DNA of 64,000 nt from Anthoceros angustus (lineage: Eukaryota > Plantae > Anthocerotophyta), in NCBI GenBank assembly GCA_010909165.1, contig MU008154.1, positions 1,353,478 to 1,417,477 of the forward strand. The letters are read 5' to 3'. How positions within the stretch are numbered: position 1 is the first letter of the stretch; each line of letters begins with the position of its first letter. The position numbers and the translations under genes were made by a program. A model generated the notes under the pieces. That model was not told the DNA's origin and did no database searches. It was given only the letters and a program-made list of their open reading frames with translations. Shown here piece by piece: positions 38,311-49,504 of the stretch.

Positions 38311-39504
38311 TTATGCACTGCTTGCCCTAATGACATGGTTTTCAGAAGCCGTGTCCACGGCATGCCATTCATCCGGCCCCCCAGCCATTTTATCTGGTCT
38401 CTGGATGGCACATTGGTGACAATACCACTCACCATCTGGTATCACCTTGAGTGGAGGGCGCAGGCAGAACACATGATAGCCTCTGTTACATTTATCACAT
38501 AGTATCATCAGCTCTAGGTCCGTGATGTGACCACCAAATTTGCAAGGCAAGTCAATCGGTGGCTTCCAAGCCTGCGGTTGTGTCCTCGTATCTAGGTTGG
38601 GCAGGTGACATGGTGCCAAATGACGCATGTGCTCCTTGCACCGTCGTCCATCCTGTCCTTCCAACTCAATGACTCCCTGCTCACCCACACTCACCACCCG
38701 TAAAATCAGACGTCTAGAACTCACATCCAACGTGCCTGAAGGCCGATGCTGTAAGTACACAAAGTCCCCCACTTCAAACTTCCTCGCCTTGGGTTTCCAT
38801 GAGCCACCTCGCGTAAAGGCATACCGGAGTTGGTCTCGGTGTTGTGCGATCGCTAAGTTGTCCATCGCCATTGGGATTACTCGCTGAAACAGCTTGGCTC
38901 GGTGTTGCAACTCCAAGAGACACTCTTCTGGACTCTGTGCCCAGTCTATCGGTTGAGAATAGGTATCCGCAACAATATTTGGCATCACAGCGTTCCGTCC
39001 AAACATAATGTAATACGGGTTGAAGTTGCCCAGTGCCGCTTGTACACTGATCCTATATCCCAATGCCACATATGGTAACAACTCATCCCAGCAATCGGGT
39101 TCAACCTCAGTGCAGTATTTGCGGAGAGAATCCTTGAAAGTTTGTACTAACCGTTCAGCCAACCCGTCAGCTTGAGGATCGTCCCGGGATGTGCGGCGAT
39201 GGTCTATCAGGCTCCGGTCCAACAATGCTTGGAATTCACCACGAAACTCGTTGCCTTGGTCCATCAATACTTCTGCACAGCTCCCATATCTGCTGATAAC
39301 ACACTGTAGAAATGCCCGGGCCGTATACTTGGAGCTTCTGACCGGAAGAAAAGCCATCTCGACCCACTTTGAAACGTGCTCTATCATCAACATGCAGTGC
39401 TTGTTGCCCTGGCTTGTCACTGGCAGTTCAGGCATCAGATCAACGGACCATCTGAAAAACAATCCCTTAATAGGCAGCGAATGTAATACCATCATCACAA
39501 ACAC
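38311..39504 (-). CDS. Retrotransposon integrase core, GPY/F-like region and C-terminal PHD finger
   Basis: 397-aa open frame with DDE core; KFEVGDFVYL; CKFGG...MILCDKCNRGYHVFCLRPPLKVIPDGEWYCHQC at 38411-38544. Confidence 0.88.
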   Translation of the reverse strand: MFVMMVLHSLPIKGLFFRWSVDLMPELPVTSQGNKHCMLMIEHVSKWVEMAFLPVRSSKYTARAFLQCVISRYGSCAEVLMDQGNEFRGEFQALLDRSLIDHRRTSRDDPQADGLAERLVQTFKDSLRKYCTEVEPDCWDELLPYVALGYRISVQAALGNFNPYYIMFGRNAVMPNIVADTYSQPIDWAQSPEECLLELQHRAKLFQRVIPMAMDNLAIAQHRDQLRYAFTRGGSWKPKARKFEVGDFVYLQHRPSGTLDVSSRRLILRVVSVGEQGVIELEGQDGRRCKEHMRHLAPCHLPNLDTRTQPQAWKPPIDLPCKFGGHITDLELMILCDKCNRGYHVFCLRPPLKVIPDGEWYCHQCAIQRPDKMAGGPDEWHAVDTASENHVIRASSA

Positions 39505-40332
39505 TTACCTTCACTTGCATCGTGCCACCACATCGGCCTTCCCGACCCGAGTATGTATTCTTCAGCATGTGGTGTGTTCTCTTAACACCAAAGTGCCCCA
39601 GCGTCTTGTGCACCTTGGTCACCAATGGTCTTCTTTCTTCCACGGGTGGCACCTCCTTGCTCACCCCTCGATCAATCACAAGCACCTTACCGTCCTTGTA
39701 GGTATAGCGAGCGATTCTTCGTTGTAACTTCTGAAGAGCCATTGCGTCCAAACCAGCTACATGCCCATCCCACAACAACTGAATGGCATGCTCGAGTTTC
39801 CATATGTCTCGACCCCCTTTTGATAGCTGTTGTTCGCTTCCTGGTTCCATGGACATCAATGCCAGGTACATGCTGGGCACGTGCTGAGTAAACCCGAAGT
39901 CTTGTCTGGCTCTAGTGGTGTCTCCTGCCCCACACATCGGATTTGTGCTGAGCCCATCGGCATTGAGATGCACCTTCCCTGCCCGGTGCACAATCTGCAT
40001 GTCGTATTCTGACAATAGCAAAGCCCATCTACCAAGCTTCCCGCTCAGTTTCATATTTGTCATCAGCCAGTGCAATGGCTAATGATCCATGACTAGCTGA
40101 AAACTTCGGCCAAACAAATATACTCAAATGCGAAGCGCCCTGACGAGACACTCTCCTTCATAAGGCAGGTAATTAGCCTCGCAGGTGTTGTTAGATCTGC
40201 TTTCGCATAGGCGACGACCTGCTCTCCTTCCTCTGTCAGGCACGCACCGATGCTCAAGCTGCACTCCAATCATATACAAGAGAGGCTTGCGAGGTGGGCC
40301 TTTTAAGCATTGGTCTCTCGCCAATTGTTCCT

Positions 40333-40994
40333 TTAACTCCCACGCTTGCTCACATTCCACCTCCCATTGCTAAGTGGGCTTAACCTTTCGTACAATGGCT
40401 TGCAGATTCCGCTCATGTTTCTGATAAACCGATGATAGTAATTCACCAGCCCCAGGAACGCGTTCAAGGCGGCCACATCTTTGGGTGTGGGCATGAGACT
40501 CACCGCCTGTACTTTGGCCAACTGTGGCAGCACCCGCCCTGGTACAATCTTATGCCCCAAGTACTCTATCTCCCTGTATGCGAACTTACATTTCCTTGGG
40601 TGGGCCTTCAGCCCAGACTTGGCCAATCGCTGCAGCAGCACTTCTAAGTGCTCAAGGTGTTTCTCCAGACTATTGCTGAACACTAGAATGTCATCTATGT
40701 AGCACTTGACAAACGACAACCCTTGTAGTTCCAAGTCAGCCACTCGTTGAAAGTATATGGATGCATTCTTCAAGCCAAACGGCATGGTTTCCCACTCCCA
40801 CAGCTGCTCTTTGCCCCAAAACGCTGTCTTGCATTTGTATTTCTCTTCAATCACAATCTGATTGAAACCGGATCGAAAATCAAGTGTGGCGAAGTATTTG
40901 GCCTCTCCAATGGTGTCAAAGATCTCATCCGGAGTGGGCATGGGATACCGTTCTATGGGAGTTATTTCATTCAAGGCTCGGTAATCTCCACACA
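40333..40994 (-). CDS. Reverse transcriptase domain (3' part, downstream of the CACTA insertion)
   Basis: CGDYRALN...YPMPTPDEIF...TLDFRSGFNQI...KTAF...MPFGLKNA...YIDDILVFS...FLGLVNYY. Confidence 0.93.
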
Positions 40995-43857
40995 TACTAC
41001 TAGGAAAACCAGCACTTTACTACCCCTTCAAAACTAGAGAGAGGGGGTTTTTAGACGTCTGTTCGTTTTACAACGGGGTTTTCAGCCCATGTATTATTTT
41101 TGTATAGATTTTAGCACTTTACAACATGGGTTTGATGTTTTACAATGTGGGGTATTTTTTTACGGTATATTTTGACAACGTGGCACTCTTTAGGAGTTTT
41201 TATAATGAGGGTTTGCAAGATTATAACAAACTATAGTTTTCAACATGGGGTTTATACAACGCGGGCTGCCATAATTACAACACAATGTCTTACAACGATA
41301 GCGGGTGTTTTACAACTCGGGGTATATAACGTCGTCTATTCTAATTACAACACGGTGTCTTTTACAACCTTGGCTCATGTTTAACAAAATGATTTTTACA
41401 ACACAGAATATGCTTTTTACAATGGGGCTTCTTTTACAGCAATAGCTTGAATTTTACAACATTGCTTTTACAACACATGAATGTATATTTACAACACAAT
41501 ATTTTATTTTTAAAACTATCTCTGACTTAGATTTGTAATTTGCATAGTAAAGAGTTTCTGTTGTATAGGGCCACGTCCATTTTACAACTAGGGTCATTAT
41601 AATTTTAAATAATTTAGATTTCTCCTTGTAACTTGCGGTGTAAAATGTAGATGTTGTAAAATTATAAATCTTTTTTACAAGAAGTATCAGTAAAATAATT
41701 TCGTAATCAAAATTTCAATTGTAAACCGCATTGTAAATCGTGGGACATAGTTTGCTAGTGCAATGTTTTGTCTTCTTACAACACTTTCTTTTTCTTAACT
41801 AAAGAACTTTAAGGTTTTAAACAAACCGTTTACAAGAGATCAAACTCAAAGAGAGTGTATGGGTTACATGGACAAGCTATTAAAGCTGGAACCAGCAGAA
41901 TGTACTTATTCCTTCTAAAACAAGTCATTTTCCTCTTGCACTAGTCCGAGCAACCATCTTATTGTCATAGAGATCCATCGACGGATGGGCCACACTTGCG
42001 GACGTGAAGTGGTGCTGGGCTTATTCACCATAGTAAAAAAATAAGGACGAGGAAGTACCGTAGTGAAAAAATAGAGACAGAGAGGTGATGTCGTGGTTGT
42101 TCTACAAGGTAAAACAAGTAGCATTTACTACTTAAATAAATGACATGAGGTGTACAAATGTTCACATGGATAAAGGCTTCCCGTATCTCAATGTCCCGCG
42201 GAGGAGACGGGATTCGAGCTCGCGCCCCGGCGCTCACCACCATTAGGCTCTACCACTCCAGTAACTCGTTTACTTACAGATGACTGTCATTAATTTTATT
42301 ACAATTTTAAACTACGAAACGCTTGTCTCCTTTTTCTTTATCTGTCCAGACGTTGGACTTGAGTGCAAGGCTCGGGATCGAAAATCAAGTGTGGCGAAGT
42401 ATTTGGCCTCTCAATGGTGTCAAAGATCTCATCCGGAGTGGGCATGGGATCTGGATTCTATGGGAGTTATTTCATTCAAGGCTCGGTAATCTCCACACAT
42501 ACTACTAGGAAAACTGACTTTACTACCCCTTCAAAACTAGAGAGAGTTTTAGATGCAGTTCGTTTTACAACGGGGTTTTCAGCCCATGTATTATTTTTGT
42601 ATAGATTTTAGCACTTTACAACATGGGTTTGATGTTTTACAATGTGGGGTATTTTTTTACGGTATATTTTGACAACGTGGCACTCTTTAGGAGTTTTTAT
42701 AATGAGGGTTTGCAAGATTATAACAAACTATAGTTTTCAACATGGGGTTTATACAACGCGGGCTGCCATAATTACAACACAATGTCTTACAACGATAGCG
42801 GGTGTTTTACAACTCGGGGTATATAACGTCGTCTATTCTAATTACATGTTGTCTTTTTACAACCTTGGCTCATGTTTAACAAAATGATTTTTACAACACA
42901 GAATATGCTTTTTACAATGGGGCTTCTTTTACAGCAATAGCTTGAATTTTACAACATTGCTTTTACAACACATGAATGTATATTTACAACACAATATTTT
43001 ATTTTTAAAACTATCTCTGACTTAGATTTGTAATTTGCATAGTAAAGAGTTTACATTGTAGGGTATCCATTTTACAACTAGGGTCATTATAATTTTAAAT
43101 AATTTAGATTTCTCCTTGTAACTTGCGGTGTAAAATGTAGATGTTGTAAAATTATAAATCTTTTTTACAAGAAGTATCAGTAAAATAATTTCGTAATCAA
43201 AATTTCAATTGTAAACCGCATTGTAAATCGTGGGACATAGTTTGCTAGTGCAATGTTTTGTCTTCTTACAACACTTTCTTTTTCTTAACTAAAGAACTTT
43301 AAGGTTTTAAACAAACCGTTTTACAAGAGATCAAACTCAAAGAGAGTGTATGGGTTACATGGACAAGCTATTAAAGCTGGAACCACTGACAGAATGTACT
43401 TATTCCTTCTAAAACAAGTCATTTTCCTCTTGCACTAGTCCCGACAACCATCTTATTGTCATAGAGATCCATCGACGGATGGGCCACACTTGCGGACGTG
43501 AAGTGGTGCTGGGCTTATTCACCATAGTAAAAAAATAAGGACGAGGAAGTACCGTAGTGAAAAAATAGAGACAGAGAGGTGATGTCGTGGTTGTTCTACA
43601 AGGTAAAACAAGTAGCATTTACTACTTAAATAAATGACATGAGGTGTACAAATGTTCACATGGATAAAGGCTTCCGTATCTCAATGTCCCGCTGGAGGAG
43701 ATGGATTCGAGCTCGCGCCCGGCGCTCACCACCATTAGGCTCTACCACTCAGTGCTAACTCATGATGATTATTAATTTTATTACAATTTTAAACTCGAAA
43801 CGCTTGTCTCCTTTTTTCTTTATCCGTCTGGCAGGACTTGAGTGCAAGGCTGGATCG
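40870..43857. repeat. ~1.5-kb tandem duplication spanning the RT/CACTA boundary
   Basis: Second copy of ~125 bp of RT plus the CACTA left end at 42375 onward; GGATCG at 40870, 42375 and 43852. Confidence 0.9.
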
Positions 43858-45376
43858 TGCGCGGCCGGGGCCGGCGAGCTCGCGTGGAGGCGGCGGGAGG
43901 CGGAGGAGGGTGTGGGCGCATCAAGCCAGTAGGGTTTGGCGGCTTAGGAGATGGCGGATGATGCATCGCCACGGCAATGCCTCGCCAGCAGCCTCTTGCA
44001 CTGGGCAAGGCGGTACTGTTGGACTCCCTCTCATGGTGTGGTGCTGTAAGAGCTACAAGGAGCTCTGCATTGTCTAGCATTTTAAGATGGTGGTGAAGGT
44101 ATCTTGGTGATTTTCCATGGCTATTCAGAGGCTCGCTTGAGCGGGAGGGAAGGACCCGCCTGCATGAGGCGGGATGTGCGTGAGGTTACGTCTGCAGCCC
44201 GTCACGAGGACCTAGCCGATTTGAGGCGAGCTCTGCCATATCTCACGCCAGACGGAGCGGATCTGGGCAGCACGCTCTGATACCTCTGCTGATTTCTTTA
44301 TAGCTACTGCAGCCGGGTGCAAGGACGGTTGCAAGGCGACAAATGGTAACATGTGTGCTTGGACTTGAGGGTGCTGTGGGAACTCTAGGTCTTGCTATGA
44401 GAAGAGAACACATCATCAATTATGGGAGACCGTGGACTCAACGCTTTGCATTTGAAGGTAACACATAAATTGCATGTGCTAATTGGGGCTTGTTGCTAGT
44501 TGCAGCTTGCTGCTTTCCCAAGCTACTTCTGCTGACATCTCAGCTTCTTGCATAGGATCACTAGGCTTATTTATCCCTTTCCAAGAACTTCATGTGGATG
44601 TCTCACAGATTCTTAGAATAGCCTTCCGATGTTTTGGCCGTGTTGTTGCAACAGATTGGGCAAATGTATCCATCGTTGAAATGTTCACAATATGACTCCG
44701 CAGTATCCCTACCCTTGTTTAGCCCTGTAGGTAGTGTTTGAATAACTTATATTGTTATTTTACAACGATAGCTTTTATAAGGGTTTGAATTTTTTGGCGG
44801 GAAAAGATTTATAACGGTTTGCATTTTTTGGCGGGAAAAGGTTTACAATGGTTTGCATTTTTTGGCGGGAAAACGTTTACAACAGTTTGAATTTTTTGGC
44901 CGGAAAAGGTTTACAACGGTTAGAATTTTTAGGGGAAAATATTTACAACCATGGAAACCATTATAATGGTTTGAATTTTTTTGGGGGGAATATTTACAAC
45001 GATTTGAATTTCTTTGGGGGAAATATTTACAACGATACAAACCATTTACAACAGAATTTACACTGGTTAATAAACCCTAAATATTTAACTAAAATATTTA
45101 ACTGTGGTTAATAGAACCCCAGTTATAATACCAGAGTTAATATATTGTAGTTACTTAACCTGACTATAATGACTATGGTTAGCCTGTACAATACGATCAT
45201 ATAAAATACTTGTATACCATACGTAGGAATATATACATCTAGTATATACACTTTGAGAAAATTACAACGCAAATTACTAAGGGGTGTTTACAACAGTCAT
45301 TCTACAACGGTCGTTGTAATGCTGCTGTAAAGTCCGTTGTAAAGTCCATTGTAAAAGGCTATTTTTCCTAGTAGTG
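40995..45376. mobile_element. Non-autonomous CACTA (En/Spm) element inserted in RT
   Basis: Left TIR TACTACTAGGAAAA (40995-41008), right TIR TTTTCCTAGTAGTG (45363-45376), 13/14 match. 3-bp TSD ACA at 40992-40994 and 45377-45379. Many TTTACAAC subterminal repeats. Removing it restores KDRRMCGDY in frame. No transposase ORF seen. Confidence 0.92.
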
Positions 45377-45879
45377 ACATCCTTCTATCCTTCCACTCGC
45401 CAGGTTCATCCTTCTTGAGTGGCAACACTGTAGTCAGCAAAGATATTGCGATCGATCAGCCCCAAAAGCAAGCTCCTTGCACCGCTTGTCTACGATGTCC
45501 CATTCCATGGGGCTCAATTTGTGTCTTCTCCGGAACACAGGTTCATTGGTGGTGGTGGTAATCTTGAGCTTGATGCGATCATACCACCCCAGCTCGGCCA
45601 AACTTAATGCAAAAGTGCCTCGATTTCTGTGTAACATGTCCCGGATCTTCTGCTGCTCAGCCGGTTGCAAATCTTCACATATTTGCCAGTCATCGATCGG
45701 ATTCTCGTGGTCCTCTCCTCGCGGCGATGAAACGGGCACTGCCGCGTGTGCGGCATGTTTTCGTTTGTCGGGTGTAGGTGTGTGTTCCTCTTCTTCATCA
45801 CGTATCAGCAGAGGCTCCCTGCCGTCCTTTCGGCACATGGCCATCTGTATGGCCAAGCCCACACTTACCAACCATCACA

Positions 45880-46807
45880 TACAAGCTATGTCGAAGGCTT
45901 GCCCGATCAACCTGCACCGGAATGATTCAGACACACCAGCTGTGAGAGTACCACCTGCGCCAAACCCCATGGCCCGTTCTCGCTCTATTATTGTAGGCTT
46001 CCCTACTTCATTTCCGTTCGTGTCCACCACCATGCCTTCTCCTCCTTTCCTAAACGCATATGATTGTACGGTCCTGACGAGTGTGGGCCATGCCCTTCTC
46101 GATTTTCCCACCACGTTCACTGGGTAGTGTGGTAACTTATCTCCCTTGCGCACTTGCTGTGAATGTCAACCTGGATCCAAGATGTCGTCTACATAGCGTT
46201 GTTCCGGTACCGTCAACTGCCGGTGATGCCTCAGGGCTGTCACACTGCTCACATTTGTCCAGAAGCTCCGCACCCGATGCGCGTACGAGCCTGTCTGCAC
46301 GGCATCTATGATAAACTCCTCCCCCAACTAGCTTCTGAGTTGCCCATATTGTTTCCTGATATGCTCACGTTTGTCGAAAGCACCACACACATTTTCGAGC
46401 ACATACCAACAGGATGGGTTAGTCGCCTGCACTTCCCGCAAGATCCGAATGACTTCCATTGCCAATTCCATACCATTGCCTGTGCCACGACCGGCTGTGG
46501 AGAAAGTTTTGCATTCCCATCCTGCGATCAACATATCTACTGGGCACCTAATAGCTTCAATCTGTCGCTTTCCTACCAACAGAATGTCCGCAGGCAACCT
46601 GCTCTGGCATCCTTTGATTGCCTCCCTACTCAACAACTTGGGGTTTTCCTTCTGCAATCGAATGACTTCCATTGCCAATTCCATACCATTGCTGCACGCC
46701 CTCTCATCCAGCTCGACACATGTATATTTTCTTTTCTGAATTCCACTCTTGAGCACTGCCTCTAACCCGCTGTTGATCCCAGAGCACAGCTCTTTGAGAT
46801 GAATGCC
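45880..46807 (-). pseudogene. C5 cytosine DNA methyltransferase domain within the retrotransposon pol frame
   Basis: Motif I LKELCSGINSGLEAVL; motif II YTCVELD; motif IV VDMLIAGWECKTFSTAG (Cys codon 46511-46513); motif VI YVLENV (46388-46396); motif VIII DAVQTGSYAHRVRSFWTN; motif IX/X ERERAMGF...RCRLIGQAFD. One frame with two internal stops (46328-46330, 46166-46168). Confidence 0.85.
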
Positions 46808-48281
46808 CCGCCTGTCCGCTTTCCAATGAATTACCTCACTGTTGATCCGCAGCTTAGTCTAGTTCAAGACCGGCATTTTAGGAAGACTGTTTTCTGGGCA
46901 CAGACTGGTCACGAGACACTCTTGAGCCTGCTCTTGTCCGATGTGTTCTCTTGCTAACGCCTGTACCAACTGCCGGGTTTTTCTGACATACATGAAAGCA
47001 CTTGTCCCGTGATCATCCAATAACAGTGTTTCTCAGCATAGGGGTTTGTCTCCGACCCCCATTTTGGCCCCAACCATCTAGAAATGCACATGTCTCATTT
47101 CACTGTTTTCAATGATTTGCGAACCTACAACCCATGCATCCGAGCCCAAAAGAAGACCTAATGTGCCCACCGTCCGTACAAATGCCGGACATACATTTGT
47201 ACCAAGTGGTCAGATGATCAGCACTTATGCTCCAAAGAGACCTAATGTGCCCACCGTCCGCACTTATACTCCAAAGAGGTGCAATACACGGTTTGGAGAG
47301 GTTGCGTCAATACTTGTGTAGGCAAAACACTTTCGTTCAAGTTGCTTGTGCACACTTGCCACCGCACCAACACTCACATCAATTCTCTTTTCAAACCCCG
47401 TGATTGAGCAATCCAGACGGCGGGCATACCTGTCGACTCGGCCCCTCCGTGTCGAGATAAGCGCACTTAGATCTCGCAGATTAGGCTCAGCAGAATTGGA
47501 CAAGGTAAAGGATGGTGAGGCCTCCTCAACCCTTCTTGATCAAACTCTTCGTAGCTTACATTTCTTCTTGTCAAGTCCGCATCGCTTTCAACCTTAATCT
47601 ATCCATGGGTGGCACATGGAGCAAGTCGATCTTAAATTCAAAATCTCCGCAAAGCTTGGCTATAGTTCGCTCGAACACCTAGCCGCGCCATACCGTAGCT
47701 ACGGTATAGACAGTCCTCCTTCGAGCCTCACCGAAATACTCACCATTTGGTCAAAACCCCATAGGGCGACCCTCTTTCTTCTTCTCACCGGCTCACTAGG
47801 GGCAGTGCATGCTCTCTTATACTTGTGTTCGATCGCATCCGATGCTTTCATTACTCAAGGACAAATCATCTATTCTATTTATTTTCTTACTTCTCTGCAA
47901 AACATTGTAAAACATTGTCGACTTCAAAAGGTTGGCCATTACAAACCACCATCATACATGTCAAATTTTGGAAAATGTAGCTCATATAGAGACCAATGCC
48001 CATGCATCTATACGTGCATCAAACTCGAATAAGCCGGACATTTGGCGCACCAATCAAAAAGATCCAGCTGCAAGTCATCAGTAGGGGCATATACAGTAAG
48101 GGCCAAAAAGGTTTTACATGTTGTATACAAAGCGAATGTGGGAACATAACATCAACCAACAAATGATTTTCAAAAATAATATTCATGACTTTACTCCTAG
48201 ATACCGGGATGATTTACAAATTTTTCAAACCACTAAAAATCAACACTCCATCTTGGTACTGATCCGCCTCTAGGTTGCTAA

Positions 48282-49100
48282 CTAGTGGAGTTGTGACAAA
48301 ACGTGAAGGAGCATTTTCCGAGCGTCCCCCTTCGATGTGGGCATCGAATTTATCTTCAGCAGAATAGAAGTGGAGAGGAGTTGGAAGATTGTTGTCATCG
48401 CTGAGTCGGAAATCTTGAAGCGCTCTTGCAGAGTTAGGAAGGCCAGTGCACTAGATAACCGTGTGTGATGAGACTCATCCGGCGCTAAAACAGTCCACAA
48501 GGGCTTGCTTGCTTTCGATTCCAAGCCGGCCTGGGCATCCTGCGGCACACCGGCCATGAACTGCCGAATGGCCTCTGCCAAGCGGTCAGCATCCCCAATT
48601 TCCTGAACCATGCTCACACCCCTGGCGACGCAAGCATCGGAATGGCCTCGTCTTCTATCATTTGCGTACCCGGGTTTGTGGGAACATGTTGAGGTGAATT
48701 GGGGCAGGAGGCGGCGTCAAGGGCTGCAGGTGCAACTTGCGGGAAGGCCGGGTCAGCATCGGGCATCGGGCATCGGGCATCGGGCATCGGGCATCGAGGG
48801 GTAGATGTGTGCATGTGTAGAGTGGAGGTCACCGTCGTCTGGCCGCACCTGCAGCACAGAAGATGGGTGGTGAGGAGCTCATCCATCCAGTCAAACAAGC
48901 CCCACACATCTGCCACAATTTCCAAAAAACAGTGATGGTGCCTAACCTCCATGAGGAGCCGCACCCAAGATCTCTCATGTCGCGCTGCAATGTCCGCATG
49001 AATTGGGCGAGTGTTTTCCGCGCATTGAGGGCATTGGCATAGCACTCGAGGGATCTGCCAATTTGAGCAAGGGAGATCCATGGGCTGCCGACGAGGGTTC
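48282..49100 (-). mobile_element. Probable CACTA/En-Spm TnpD-like transposase N-terminal remnant
   Basis: VLCQCPQCAENTRPIH (transposase-associated zinc-like motif), followed by RLSSALAFLTLQERFKISDSAMTTIFQLL...MPTSKGDARKML, which resembles the TnpD N-terminal helix region. Confidence 0.5.
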
Positions 49101-49504
49101 CGCATCACGTTTGGTCTGAGGGTATGGACCAGTGAAGTAATTGGAGCTGTCGAGAAAGCCGTTGGATTTTTTGACGGTCCGTTGGCAGACCCCAACGGAT
49201 AACCTGGAGTCATGCACCCGGCGGAGAGGGGAGAGGGGTTTGATAGATGACGGTACATGTGCAAGCCAGGCCAGACGTTGGTGGCACATGCTGCCGGGTC
49301 AGTGTTGCACGGTTCCGCCCGTCGGTCTAAACAAGCGCGTTGGGCAGACCAACGGGTGCACGGTAACCAAACTTCGGTTGGCAGGCAGGTTGGGTAACCC
49401 TCCGATAAGCGTAGTTGGGAAGGACGACATTAAGACGAAAGTGCACCACATCATATTGGATGAATGACGACCCAAGGTAATTGTCTTAACCGCCCAGTAC
49501 TGTC

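Larger units (their letters stand above)
38311..47090 (-). mobile_element. Decayed Ty3/Gypsy-type retrotransposon, pol order DNMT - RT - RNase H - integrase - PHD; 5' end truncated; LTRs not identified
   Basis: RT with YIDD (~40690) and MPFGLKNA; RNase H end WALLLSEYDMQIVHRAGKVHLNADGLS; integrase HKTLGHFG, WSVDL...EVLMDQGNEF...DGLAERLVQ; RT-before-integrase order is Gypsy-like. Confidence 0.9.

Noticed and set aside
48755-48800. (GGGCATC)n heptamer run
   Set aside because: Simple short tandem repeat inside a transposon remnant with no further structure.
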